A DNA stretch of 64,000 nucleotides from Octopus sinensis (lineage: Eukaryota): NCBI RefSeq assembly GCF_006345805.1, contig NC_042997.1, positions 20,026,001 to 20,090,000 of the forward strand, in the 5' to 3' direction. Below, piece by piece: positions 35,897 through 49,252 of this stretch. The notes below the pieces were generated by a model. The model was not told the DNA's origin. It made no database searches and worked only from the letters and a program-made list of their open reading frames with translations. The translations under genes were made by a program, and so were the position numbers. Position 1 is the stretch's first letter; the number at the start of each line of letters is the position of its first letter.

Positions 35897-38377
35897 TGAG
35901 ATGACAAGTCAGCAGAACTGTTAGCATGTCTGACAAAATGTTTAGCAGTATCCCTTCTGGATCAGTACATTCTGAGTTCAAATTCTGCCAAGGCTGACAT
36001 TACCTTTCAACCTTTTATGGTTGATAAAATAAGTACCAGCATCATTCCTATGAATCTCTCTTATAATAGTATGGCAATAACAAGCACCAAAGTCTTCAAG
36101 AAGATAAAAGTTTGAAAATCTAGAATCATTGCTGAAGCTAGGAACTTTATTGTTTCATGGCAAGTTTAAAGAACTAATTAGAAAATATTTGACAAATGAG
36201 AAAGTTAAAACTTGAGCATAGACATGTTTTTAATGAAAGTTATTTAGAGGAAAAGTCATTCTATACATGAGTATGTTTATGTATGTTTGTGTGTATGCAT
36301 ATGTTTATGTGTATCTATATTGCTTATGTGTATGTATATGTTTGTGTCTCTGTGTGTGTATTTATGTGAGAAAATAAACTGGAGAAATGAACAAGATATT
36401 AAAATTTGACCTCATTAGTCATTTATTCTTATCTACTACATCAGATGTCTGAACAAGACACTTAAGTTTATGGATATGATGCAAGTGCTTTTGGTGTCAT
36501 AAGGGCTAGTGGCTACCTGTGTTTTCATCGTATTAAATGTATAAGAGATAAATAACTTTCTAGACAGCATGAGAGACTCGGGGAAAATTCATAGATCAGG
36601 CAGCTATTCTTAATTGCAATGTTAACCGCTGTGTATATGATTTTTATCTCCTGCCCTCCTCCTCAACAAACATATGCAGTATATTTGACCTCAAGCACTT
36701 CTATGCTTGATATAGAAGGTTTTTTCTGATTAAATTCTTTCCAACGCTGTTTTTTGAAAATATTTTCTCATTTTACTTAAGTATTTTTAAATGATTGTTT
36801 TTCTCACTTGTTCAGTAACAATCAATAGAATTTCCAAAGTAATCAATGTTTAAAATTTTTTTTTTATCTTCTTAAATCACAATATTGCCATGGCTTCTCT
36901 CATTCATAAACAAATACACTTTCACTCTTTCAGTCAATAAGCACATTACTCCGATGTAATTCTTTTTTTTTTATATCAATGGACTTTCTTGAGAAGTTTC
37001 ATACTAAGAGAAACACAGAATGTAAGTCAGACTGTAAATCAATTCTGTTGGAGACTATTATCTGTGACCTCACTGACCTGATATTTTTATCCATCTTTCT
37101 GATTTGATCTTATAGTACCTTAATCACTAAGAACATTGATTTAGACAAAATTTACAAAAAAAAAAAGAAAAAATCAAAGTATGTTTTGTTCACACTGGCC
37201 TACATAACACATTTGTAATTCTTGCCAAGAATTGTCTAGCACATTAGAATGAATGCTGCAGATGAACTAAATTAACATCGCTCCTACTTCTATCTGTGTA
37301 AAACACAAATACATATAGCAATACCCACATCATCATCCTATAACGTCTGTTTTTCATGTTGGTATGGGTTGGAGGTTCGACCAGAGCTGGCAAGCAAGAT
37401 AACTACACCAGGTCCAATCTGATTTGGCTTGGTTTCTACAGCCGTGTGTTTTTATGCATATTTGGTAAAATACATGACTTGAGAATTTAGTATAACTATA
37501 CAAGTTTTTTAATGCCTTGTTGAGTGATAATTAATTTTATAATATATACTAAATATAAAAAAAGTTAATTGTGACTATTATCAGAGGAGTCTTAATGTTA
37601 TACTGTCTGATGAAACAATGTTGTTTGTTTAGCTTCAGAGCAGCCCTGATCAAGCAGACCTATGATCAAAGGTGTTTCAGTGTTGACAATCACCATCATT
37701 TCTGGCATATCTAGGACCGCTGTGTGGTCATCGTTTTTAAAATATCAGGGTGTGATTTGAAAGAATATAACTGCTATTTCTAGCAGGTTGAACAACTGCA
37801 CAGTGGCTCACTCATTGCTTTGCAGAAGCATTGTAAAAAATGGTGATTCCATAATTTTATCTAGATGTTGCTAGGCATAGCATTGTGTCGCGAAGGGAAT
37901 GATTATTAAATTGAATGGCCATCAGTTGAGTTATTGTACGATGGCACAGTTGTATGTTAAAAGGATGAGGAAGGAGAGATGAATGTTATAGCAAATGCTC
38001 ATCATTTCATATCTACCGTGGATATGAATTTATATTAATGTATATTGGCCTCTCAAATTCAGAATGCAGGGAAAGGTATGTTAATTGAAAGTCGGTATGC
38101 AAGCAGTAATGGAATATGGTGTTGTGTCATGGTGTGACGTTATTTGTCAACCTCTATATTTTTTGTAGTAGAGAAAAATAGTTGAATACCTTTTCCTCTT
38201 AATAAGAAATCGCGAATAGTTCAGCAGTTACTGATTAATGTTCATTTATGCATTCAACCAAATGGAATTTGGTGGAATGTTCTGTTCTCAAATTAGATAA
38301 ATTTTATGTAAATATTTTAACAGTAAATATCAAGCCAATTTGTGCAGATAATACATACATATAAATATATATATATA

Positions 38378-38771
38378 AGAGATACCCCCATGCTTGAAAT
38401 AGCAGCCAAAACGTGACCCTAAAACCACATTAAAAGTTCATACAGCACCAGGAGAGACAACAAAAAGACAAAATAAAGTAGCAAAAAAATATTACTGGAT
38501 AATTCCAGATCCCGGATTTCTGGCTCTGCATATATGTAAGTATTCGTATGTTATATATATATATATATTTGTATTTATGTGCTACGTATATTCCACTGAA
38601 GAGGCAAAGCATTTCTTATGCAAAGCCAGAAATCCGGGATCTGGAATTATCCAGTAAAATTTTTTTGCTAGTATATTTTGTCTTCTTGTCTTCTCTCTTG
38701 GTGCTGTATGAACTTTTAATGTGGTTCTAGAGTCAAGTTTTGGCTGCTATTTCAAGCATGGTGGTATCTCT
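38378..38771. mobile_element. Foldback-like MITE with about 150-bp imperfect TIRs and TA TSD
   Basis: AGAGATACC..CATGCTTGAAATAGCAGCCAAAAC...GGATAATTCCAGATCCCGGATTTCTGGC mirrored at about 38620-38771; TA at 38376-77 and 38772-73. Confidence 0.9.
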
Positions 38772-38899
38772 TAGATATCCTGAATTATAATTTTAATAAA
38801 AATTATTACCTTTGAAGGTTTTTATTCCTATGCTGGCCACTTGATAAGTTCGATATTTAAATAACGATCTTATCCTTATTTATTTATATATATATGTGT

Positions 38900-39075
38900 G
38901 TGTGTGTGATTGAGTGTGTATCGTTGGTGATTTTTTCCCTCCATCTTCCCTTCATTGGATCTTTCCTTTTTCTATGTTTCTGACGAAGGGCTCTGCTCGA
39001 AATGTTAAATCCTCCTTTCTTTCCTTCCTGAGCATCCAATGTCCTCGCGTGGTGTTTTCATGTTTGAATTAACTA
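38900..39075 (+). mobile_element. Penelope-type terminal-repeat fragment with a degenerate hammerhead motif
   Basis: GTTT-CTGACGA-A-GGGC(TCT)GCTC-GAAAT-GTT-AAAT at 38976-39010. Confidence 0.55.
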
Positions 39076-39339
39076 TATATAGATTTGTGTGTGTGCACGA
39101 GCACGCATGCATGCATGTGTATATAAGTATACACCCCACCCAGCCCTAACACACACACATATCTCATAGGTGCAAACATGGCTGTGTAGAAAGAAGTTTG
39201 CTTCCCAAACATATGGTTCTGCATTCAATCCCTCTGCATGACACTTTGGTGAAATGCCTTCTGAAAAGTTTTGTGAATAGATTTGGAAGACAGAAATTGA
39301 AAGAAGTTTCTCATGTGTGTGTACATATATATTATATAT

Positions 39340-39402
<63 letters not shown>

Positions 39403-39554
39403 CTCTACACCTGATTTTCTCCCCTCCATACACATGCAAGCATGTATCTGACTCATACACTGTTCACTTTCCAGACATTTGTACATTACTGCATATGCTT
39501 TATACGCACTTTTGACAAGTTGTGGTGCACCTGAACACTGTATACAATAATTTC

Positions 39555-39884
39555 AAAATAGACATATTGCTATGAGAAGCCATATTACTAGTTGTTGAAA
39601 GAACAAAATCTTATTTCATACAAAACTGTATAATATTTTTATTATTATGACAATAATATAATCCTTAATCCTGTGAAACAAATCTGTATTTCTTCATCGT
39701 TTCTTTTTCTGTACATATATATATGTACAGAAAAAGAAACGATGAAGAAATACAGATTTGTTTCACAGGATTAAGGATTATATTATTGTCATAATAATAA
39801 AAATATTATACAGTTTTGTATGAAATAAGATTTTGTTCTTTCAACAACTAGTAATATGGCTTCTCATAGCAATATGTCTATTTT
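39555..39884. repeat. Perfect 330-bp spacerless palindrome
   Basis: 165-bp arms, symmetric about 39719/39720 inside GTACATATATATATGTAC. Confidence 0.95.
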
Positions 39885-40200
39885 TCAACCCTTAGCTTGA
39901 GGAGCATTGCGAAACTGCTTCTTATTTTAATTATGTTGAAAGAACAAAATCTTACTAATATTTTGTACAAAACTGTATAATATCTTTTTTCATTATGACT
40001 GTAATATACTCCTTAAACCTGTGAAACAAATCTGTTTTTTCATCTTTTCTCTTCCTCTATATATCTAACTACGTGTGTTCCCCCACTAAAATATTTTCTA
40101 TTTTCTACCTACCTATATATATATATATATATATATATATTGGTAGAAGTATATATATATACAAAATATATAGAAAATTATATATATGCAAAATTAAGTA

Positions 40201-40259
40201 GAATGACCACCAAAGTGGACTCCTAATATGGTAAATATAGACCACTTTGGTGGTCATTC
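40201..40259. repeat. Small hairpin (MITE-like remnant)
   Basis: 18-bp arms GAATGACCACCAAAGTGG / CCACTTTGGTGGTCATTC with a 23-nt spacer. Confidence 0.8.
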
Positions 40260-40367
40260 CTCTTAATTCTGTATGTAATAAAATTTTTAATCTTCGGATA
40301 TTTTAAATATGCTAATCCACTGGTTTTAATTGAGTAATATCAATTTCTACCCTCATCATTTAACTTT

Positions 40368-40398
<31 letters not shown>

Positions 40399-40399
40399 T

Positions 40400-40635
40400 G
40401 GCACGTAAAAAGCACCAATCCGATCGTGGACGTTGCCAGCCTCACCTGGCATGTAAAAAGCACCCACTACACTCTCGGAGTGGTTGGCGTTAGGAAGGGC
40501 ATCCAGCTGTAGAAACACTGCCAGATCAGACTGGAGCCTGGTGCAGCCTTCTGGCTTCCCAGATCCCCGGTCGAACCGTCCAACCCATGCTAGCATGGAG
40601 AATGGACGTTAAACGATGATGATGATGATGATGAT
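40400..40635 (+). mobile_element. Well-preserved RTE-tail short element inserted in (TA)n
   Basis: GTGGTTGGCGTTAGGAAGGGCATCCAGCTGTAGAAAC..CCAACCCATGCTAGCATGG..GTTAAACGATGATGAT; TA arrays on both sides. Confidence 0.92.
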
Positions 40636-42914
40636 ATATATATATATATATATATATCTGTAAATGAAATATGCGACAATTATTCGGTAGCCATGATAAA
40701 ACTCCAAGTTTTGGATGCTGAGGTGGAAATCCACGCTGTCATCTCTTCAGTTATCTTTTGTTGTCTTACCATTTTTATCAATATGTATATATATATATAT
40801 CACATTCCTCATTTAAAATGTCCACTTGTTAATGGTTGTATGAAGTGAGTCAAAATTCCTTGTGACAGATGTTTATGGACAGATACCTTTACTGCTGTCA
40901 ACCCTCACCTATTTCTAAACAAAATAAAATTTCTTCTACTTCTTCAAATACGAATCAGATGACCAGTTATATATTTTCATAGAAGATTGCAAATGAATAG
41001 CAATAGTTGTGTAAAGGTAATTTTTGCTTACAGTTAGTGTAGGATTTCATGAATGGGTGACATCAACACAGTTCTTTAGTTTCCATCTATCAAATTCTCT
41101 CAAAAGGCTTTGGTGAGCCTGTGGTTATACCAGAAAACACTTGCTGAAAGTGTGCATTGGGATTAAGCCTGAAATCACATGATTGTGAGGTGAATTTCAA
41201 ACTTCTTCAATACATAGCCATGTTTCTCTCTCTCTCTCTCTCTCCACACACATATATATATATACATACACACAAATATACAAGACGTGCTTGTGTCTGT
41301 ATGTATATATATATATTGTGTGTATGTGTGTGTGTGTGTATAATTCTAGGTGTTCTAACATAAATTCCTAAACATACTCGCATAAACATTTCTAAGTATA
41401 TCGATTATTTTTTTTAAGTCTACATTACTTTCATTGAATTATTTTTTAATGCTTATTCACTTCAGTAATTGCTTCATGTGATTCCTTTCTTTTGCTCACA
41501 TTTTATTTTCTTTATTCAATTTATTCTTCTAAATTCCTAACATTGCTGAACATGCAGTGTATATGTGACTGTTGCCTGCAATGGAATGCTGTTGGCTGTT
41601 CATTTGATTACACATCTCACAACTAACATCAGTGTCTTCGTCGTCAATGTTTTTTTCCCTTTTTTTTTCTGTTCAATACTATTGAGAAAAAAAAGAAATT
41701 TAAGGAAACGAAAGTATAAAAAGAGAAAATTCAAACATACTAGTGGAAAGGAACTCGACAAAAAATTCATCTACAGAACTGAAGGAAAATTCAACAGGAC
41801 CAAAAATGCAATGATAACCAAACAAAAAGTTAGATAAAGAAATTCTTGGAATAACTTGTATTATGTGAAATGATAGAAGAAAACTGGGACGAAGAAATGT
41901 CATATGAATAATATGCATATAAAACAAAATGAAGCGACAGTGTTGATAAGAGAAGCAGCCATGAAGAAATGGAAAATGGAAAAAGAATAAAGAGAAACAA
42001 CTATATTTCATGCACTTAATTTTCTTTATAAATGTGTTTTTGCAAGATTAATTTCCCTTCTGTCTCAGAATTTAGGAAGCTTTATTACCTTTTTCCGCAT
42101 ATATATTTTTTATTTAAATATTGACAAGATTTCTTTAAATCCCATTAAGTTTGAATTAAAAACAAAATATGATTACACTGTCCATTATTTCTCTTGCATC
42201 AATGTCATATTGTACCACATCACGCTATGCAATTACTTCTGTTTTAAATAATGTTTCATTATAAATAACACAACGGAAATATGAGGTTTCACTTGCTTTG
42301 TAGTTTATCTTATTCTGTTTTTTTGCAGAGCCTGTCTAGTTCATAATTTCATATACAGTTTTAGATATTTAGTCTCGTGCATATGTTTTATTAACAAATG
42401 AATTGTTAACCTCATGCCTCAAGCTCTTTGTAATCTGCCACAGAATGAGATTACTATGTATCTTCCGCATTCCAAGTCAAAAGAGAAAGCTACCTTAGGC
42501 AAGGAAATAACAAGATATTTGCGGCAGAGTTTTTAAATCTATAAATTCTAGATAAGGTTTGCAAACATTTCCCTTTACTGAAATATTTTTATCTAGTTTT
42601 CCATTCTTAATCTCCTAACATTCCAGTTTTGTTTTCATGTGTTGCTTTAGAATTACATGGATAATAGACATATAGAATAATTGAGTATCTAATATTCTAT
42701 ATAAAAGGAAAATATCAATAATTATATGTCTGGGAATCTAGAAAGTGTACATAATGTATTTAAGAGTTTATAATACATTAGTATAATATTTCATATGCAT
42801 GTATATGTAAGTAAACAAATATGTGAAAGGGTGAGAGCATGTATAATGTATAAATAAAATTATTTCATGCATGCTTTCCCAGCCATTCATCAGTATGGGT
42901 TGCATGTATACATA

Positions 42915-43054
42915 TATTTATAGGTGAAGAGGTTGCTTCCCAACAACATCGTTTTGAGTTCAGTCCCACCATGCACCATCTTGGGCAGTTATCTTCTATA
43001 GCACTGGCCTTGTAAGAGGATTTAGTTGATAGCAACTGAAAGAAATCCTTTGTC

Positions 43055-43085
<31 letters not shown>

Positions 43086-43123
43086 TCTTTTACTCATTTC
43101 AGCCATGCAGCTGCAGTCATGCT

Positions 43124-43130
<7 letters not shown>
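42915..43130 (+). mobile_element. Old SINE family B head, followed by an antisense tail fragment between TA arrays
   Basis: GAGTTCAGTCCCAC..CATCTTGGGCAG..AACTGAAAGAAATCC, then (TA)n-CTTTTACTCATTTCAGCCAT..CATGCTGG-(TA)n. Confidence 0.6.
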
Positions 43131-43169
<39 letters not shown>

Positions 43170-43234
43170 CATTTGTAAAAAACATAAAACTGAAAGAAGA
43201 CGCACACTCTAAGATGTAGAGTGGTATATATTAA

Positions 43235-43848
43235 AATTGGGGAAGACTGCACCGAAATCAGGCTGTTCCCACCGGTAACACAATCTTACGTTAGGTGAAT
43301 GCTCTTCGTACACAAGATACACTAATGAATAGGAGACTGGTGGAGGCGTCACGAACGGTACGGACCCCAGTAATCGATTAGTAAGACATATTTTGCATGA
43401 AAACCTGCATTTCTACTCGGTCCACACAGCCACAACATCAGTCGACGTTCTTCGCCCTCTCTTTGGTGACCGCCTCGTTTCCAGGCTTGCTGAATTTCCT
43501 TGGCCCCCACGGTCCGCTGATTTATCCATGTGTGATTATTTCTGGCGAAGAAACCTCAAGGCAAGTGTGTATGTGCATAAGCCCCATACATTGGATGATT
43601 TGAAGGCAGCTATTCGCGCGGACGTCGTCCAAATCAATAGAACAATGCTGAAGATAGTGGAGTCCAGCTTCCAAGAAGGCTTTCAGAAATGCATCAATGA
43701 AAGGATATCATATGATGGTTTTTCACACTTGATTTTCACAAATGCTAATTCAGTACGAACACATTGATGTCAATAAAATTTGTTCGCAGCTAAAATTAAT
43801 GATTTTGTGAATTTTTCAAAAGCGTCCGTCCTAGCGGTCCCCCCACTG
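43235..43848 (+). mobile_element. Internally deleted Tc1/mariner-superfamily (DUF4817/maT-like) transposon
   Basis: N-terminal NTILR.V..LRTQDTLM..RTVRTP..RHILHENLHFY joined directly to HTATTSVDVLRPLFGDRLVSR..WPPRSADLSMCDYFW..LKASVYVHKPHTLDDLKAAIR; possible right end ...CCCCACTG|TA. Confidence 0.85.
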
Positions 43849-44167
43849 TATTTAATTAATAATGAATTTATTGTATGCAGTGCCCAGGTGCACTACAACT
43901 CATCAGAAAAAAGTAACCAAAGCTGCATGAACGGTACGTAGAATATGCGCAGGAAGTGAACAGAGAAAAAGTCTTAGGGAAAAAATGGAAGAACAGGATG
44001 AAGTATATTATGTGTATTGTTGGCAGATTCCAGGAAAAATGGAAGTTTTGAAGAATGCGGTGTCTCAACAGCTAACAACTGACGCAGGTAGTCTATTCCA
44101 TGCTTCAGCAATTCTGAGCGTGCAAAAATGGTTTTGTGAAATTTATTAGTGCTGTTGTTGTTGTTGT

Positions 44168-44392
44168 TACTCTTTTACTTGTTTCAGTCATTTGACTGTG
44201 GCCATGCTGGAGCACAGCCTTTAGTCGAGCAAATCGACCCCAGGATTTATTCTTTGTAAGCCTAGTACTTATTCTATCGATCTCTTGTTGCCGAACCGCT
44301 AAGTTACGGGGACGTAAACACACCAGCTTCGGTTGTCAAGCGATGTTGGGGGACAAACAAAGACACACAAATATATATACACACACACACAC

Positions 44393-44457
<65 letters not shown>

Positions 44458-44622
44458 TACGACGGGCTTCTTTCAATTTCAGTCTACCAAATCCACTCAC
44501 AAGGCTTTGTTCGGCCCGAGGCTATAGTAGAAGACACTTGCCCAAGGTGCCACGCAGTAGGACTGAAGCCAGAACCACGTGGTTAGTAAGCAAGCTACTT
44601 ACCACACAGCCACTCCCACGCC
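44168..44622 (-). mobile_element. Full-length SINE family B
   Basis: Complete head, core, central (TA)n and tail. Confidence 0.93.
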
Positions 44623-44649
44623 TATGTTGCTTTTTTTATTTTTATATTT

Positions 44650-45105
44650 TGTAAGCATGTCCACGAGTGTTAGATGTATGAAGCACAAACAGGTGCCGAA
44701 GGTTGTTGTTGGAAAGGTGGTGAATAATCTTGCGTCTACCAAGCCTGTTGCCAGACGCTGGAGCTTTAATGTGTCCATGCCCAAAGAAGCAACACGTTCA
44801 GAGAATGGTCGATGCCTGACGGCAGGTTTCTATTTGGTTGCACGTTTCTGAACAGTTTCCAGGAGATTGATATGCCGAGCAAGATAGGGTTTTCAGACTG
44901 GTGATGCAAACTCTAAGTGGAGACATACCATAATCATATTCAGCTTTAAATAGATAGTTGGAGAGTGACCGACAAGAGTGTTACTGATTAATGCTAAGAC
45001 ATTTTCAGCCTTATTGACAATCTTAGTGATGTGATTTGTCCAAGGTAGGTTGCTGTTGACAATAATATCCAGGTCACGTTCACTAACAGAGTTCTAATGA
45101 TTAGT
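44650..45105 (-). mobile_element. CR1-type LINE 3' fragment
   Basis: ERDLDIIVNSNLPWTNHITKIVNKA..HLEFASPV*KPYLARHINLLETVQKRATK..FSERVASLGMDTLKLQRL..NTRGHAY. Confidence 0.85.
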
Positions 45106-45109
45106 GTTG

Positions 45110-46440
45110 TAGTTTGTAAAGTCTTGTGTTCCCCTCTTATAGAAAATGTATTTCATGTTCATAACCGCAAGCTACACTGCTCACTTTCGAGATATAATTA
45201 AATCCTTCACGAACAGGGTTTTTAAAGGCTAGTGATCTGTTTCCAAATAAAACTGTTTTCCTAGAAGGAAATGCCACAGTATCTACACACCATACCACTG
45301 CATAAGCCACTCTCTCTATGTTCGACCAATTTCGTTGTGCCTGGCTAAAGGTGTGACTTATGAATGCTACTGGGTGTCCTTCCTGAGAAAACACCCCAGC
45401 TACTGCAAAGATGCATCTTCAGTGAAAGTGCTCATCTCCTCTATTGAGTACGGTTGCAAAACTGGAGCTTCCGAAAGATGAGTGATAAGCATGCGAAAGG
45501 ACTTTTCTTGTTCTTTACCCGACTGAAATTCTTTAGATCTAGCAGATAAGAGTGGTTTTACTTTTTCAGAATGTGCCGAAACAAATCTTCTGTAGTAATT
45601 TGTCAAATCCACTATTTTGTCAATATATTCCTTTGATTTTGGTACTTGTATATCATTTAGTTTTGCTACGAATTCCCGAGATGGAGAAATGCCTTCTTCA
45701 GCTATGTTCATTCCCAGAAAAGCCGAATTCTTCTGGAGAATGACTTTTCTTTGTTAATGGAGAACCGCGCCTTGGTTAGCCTTGCAACTACCGCATTTAT
45801 TACACTTTTTTTCTATATGCTGGACACACGACATGAGCTTTGTGTGTACGCCCACAATTTCGACATGTCTCTACAACGTCACGGCTGCAGATATTCTTGT
45901 TGACATCAGAATTTTTGTATTGTTTCCGATTTTATGCTGGATGCGAGAGCAACTATCTCAGTGTAATTCATTTTCGAATGACACCGTAACTGATCCAAAA
46001 TTTTTAGCTTGATGTCTACCGATGACAATCCCGCGATGAAAATGAGTTTCATGGTTTCCTCTTCCGGATTTTCTTTCAACCTATTCAAATGACAGAAGGA
46101 AGCTTGAGAATTAATCTTTTGAAGAAAGTCGTTGATTGGCTCATCTTGTAGTTGCTCTAGTTCCTATAATTTTAACCTGTCCGCAATTAACAATCTCTCC
46201 GGTTTTATAAGTTGTTGCAGCGCATTCATTATTGTTAGTATGTTGCACTCTGAAGACCTAACGGAAAAAGAACCTCTTTCAACTTCATTATGGCTTCAAC
46301 TCCACGGGTAGAAAGAAATGTTAGCTTCTTTTTGACATCTTCAACGTCGTCACATTCAAGTATTGTTTCGATCTTCAACCAAATTGTTCAAATTTAAATG
46401 ATTTTCGTATCTCATCCTTGTCATCATATGTTGAGCGTCA
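45110..46440 (-). mobile_element. Ty3/Gypsy LTR-retrotransposon relic (gag + RT thumb/RNase H)
   Basis: Gag-like LLIADRLKL..QDEPINDFLQK..FIAGL..KILDQL; knuckle CRNCGRTHKAHVVCPAY..CNKCG; VDLTNYYRRFV..EQEKSF..LSEAPVLQPY..EDAS; HPVAFISHTFSQAQRNWSNIERVAYAVVW. Confidence 0.85.
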
Positions 46441-47243
46441 CTCTTGTAGGAAGTGCGTTGAATGTTCGTAACTGCAAGTTACACAGCTCAGTTCGGGAGC
46501 TACGCTATACAGTTCCTAGCCTCCCTGTGTGTAGCAAAGTATTGCCCTTTTTATGGCTGCCAGCTTGTTCCTCTCATGATTTCCATTTGGTTGCACGAGA
46601 CTTCCTTTGTGAGTTCTATGTATATATATATACATATATATATATCACTATACCAAAATCAGCAACCCAGTGCAACTATCACATAAAGCTATATTACTTA
46701 ACTGATAACATGGGCTATCATTGGTTGTGTAGTCTTGCTCCGTATGGTATAAAGTAAACGAAAAATATTTGGAACGATTTTTTCAAACATCTGCTTCTAT
46801 GAATATGATTAACATGCCCAGCAGGTGTGAGTTAATTCTCCTTTACTTTAGAAAATATAGATTGTTTGAATCTGAGGTGAATCAAATTAGCTAAACACGA
46901 TTATGTGATGTTAACTTCCAGTTAAAAGTAAAGAAAAAAATAGGGCTGGAAAGGGGGAAGATGTATATAGGAAGGAAAAGTAAATGTAAAATATCGTGGG
47001 TGAATGATAAGAAGAAAGCTAGAAAAGAATAGAGTAAAGAATGTCTGAGGAAAAATACTACGAGGTGTCTAGCATATATGATTTAGCTGGGTGAAAGCAG
47101 TAGTTTCTATTTTGCCTAATAGATGCTTTACATAGTGTTTGCTTTCTCTGAAAGTCTCACATTCACAAAGTAATAAAAACATGTACGCCCTATATAACAT
47201 TTCAGTTTTCTTTTCTCTCATTTTCAAAAGTCAAACATACTTG

Positions 47244-47281
<38 letters not shown>

Positions 47282-49218
47282 ATCTGATCAAGTTTAAATG
47301 ATGAAAAGAAATGTTGCCTTGCTTAAAAACGGCTTTGCATTGGTAGCAGGAAGAGCATCCAGTTGTAGAAACTTTTGCCTTATAAACTCTCATCTGATCC
47401 ATTACTACGTGTTGTTGTTGTAATCTGCCCCACCAATTCAGTTCTAAATAATAAACTTATGATCCCATTTTTTCATTTTTTATCTACTGATTATATTATA
47501 CAGACAATTATCTTTTATTTTAAGGTTATAAGGTGTGATTTGAGAGAAATTTATTTGCTATTTTTTTGTAGATTGAATGGCTATGTAGAAGGTGCCTCAT
47601 TACCAGTTACTGTTTTGCTGAAGTCAGCCCTGATAAAGCAAGTATATAATCACTGGCATTCCATTCATGGACATTCCATCCTTTTATGGGGAATGCTACA
47701 TTGCATTATCTAATGTGTCTGTTCTTTATTTAGAGGTGTGATTTCAGGAAGATTTGGTAGCTTTTCCTATAAAGTCAAGCAAAAATTTAGAAGTTTCTTG
47801 TGTTTTTTGTTGGGGAGATGAGTGTCATAAACTTTGATATTTTATTTTGTTAGCACATCTGTGTATTAATTATAATTGTTTATATTTGATTATATTGTTG
47901 CATTCTTCACACTTTATAATATTTTTCTAGCTAGAAATTTGTTACAAGTATAGGTTATTAGATTTGACCTATATATATTCGAATATAATTTAGTGGATTA
48001 TTTTATAAAAATAAACACTTGTGTGAAATAAAAAAACTAATATTTTTATTGATAGCATTACTTTTTCTTTTGGTTGTCAAGATACTCATAACACATTTTA
48101 AAAAATGTTGAAGATGTCAAAGAAAATTATCTGTTCAAATATCCATTAAGCTTTTTGAAAAATATAGATTTTTTTGTTGTTTTCGTAATTTTTTTTTACT
48201 GTAGTTCTGTGTTTTTGTATTTTAAACTATCCTCTTTAGAATGGCAGCAAAGTAATAAAAGACAAATATCAAGTAAACTTGTCAATGGTTTCAAATAGTT
48301 TCTGCTAGATTACTATGAATTCTGCTGACTGTTTATAAGCCACTGTAAATACAGTGCTGTCTGAGACGTTTTCTGCTGTTAGGTATTTGGATTTTCATGA
48401 GACATTTAACTCTGATCTTTGATCTTTCAATACTCTTAAGACAATATTTAAGTTGTTTAGAAGAATCAGAGATGATTGTTGTAATTAAATGCTGAGGATG
48501 CTAAACAAATCACTCATAGAACCATAGGGGTCAGGTTTTATCTTTAAGCCAAACAAGAACCTTTTCATTCAGGTTAGACAGTCTACAAAGTTATACTGCT
48601 CAGACATAAATGCTTATCCTTCCTTAAACATATTCAACATTCTTCTGATTATGGAAAGATGCTTTTAACTGTATTCATAATGTTTTTTTTTTTATCTAAT
48701 AAATTGCTTTGTTATGGTTTATATTTTAATTACATCTCAGCTTCTGCTATTGCAACTAGCTTTTAGGAATTGGGAAGGCGTTGCACATTTCAGCTCAAAT
48801 TAATGTCTATGGTGTAACAGAGTAATATCAACTGATAACACATTTGCAATTTTGGTAATTTAATATAAAATAAGGAGGCATTCACAAAATATTCAATTAA
48901 AATGTTTCTATTCATTTCAATAAATTTTCTTCTCATTATGAAACTTATTCTTAATGATATTATATCAAGTAAAATAAGTGGAAAGTTTTCTTTGCCTCAA
49001 TTTACACTTTTTTTTTTAATGATAGAATATCCATTTATATATTTTTAATTATGCCAACATTTGATGACATTGCCATTTTGTAGATTAATCATCATCATTA
49101 TTTTTATCATCATCATCATCATTATTTTACAGCTGCTTTTCTATACTGGTATGGACTGGAAAAAACATGCAATTCATATATATCTCACAATAATCCTCCT
49201 CATCATCATTATGTTTAT

Positions 49219-49252
<34 letters not shown>

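Noticed and set aside
41640-42010. Purine-rich stretch that may be a decayed R4-like LINE
   Set aside because: No diagnostic motif is recoverable by eye.
46450-46800. Possible Gypsy 5' LTR
   Set aside because: No matching second LTR or clear PBS was found.
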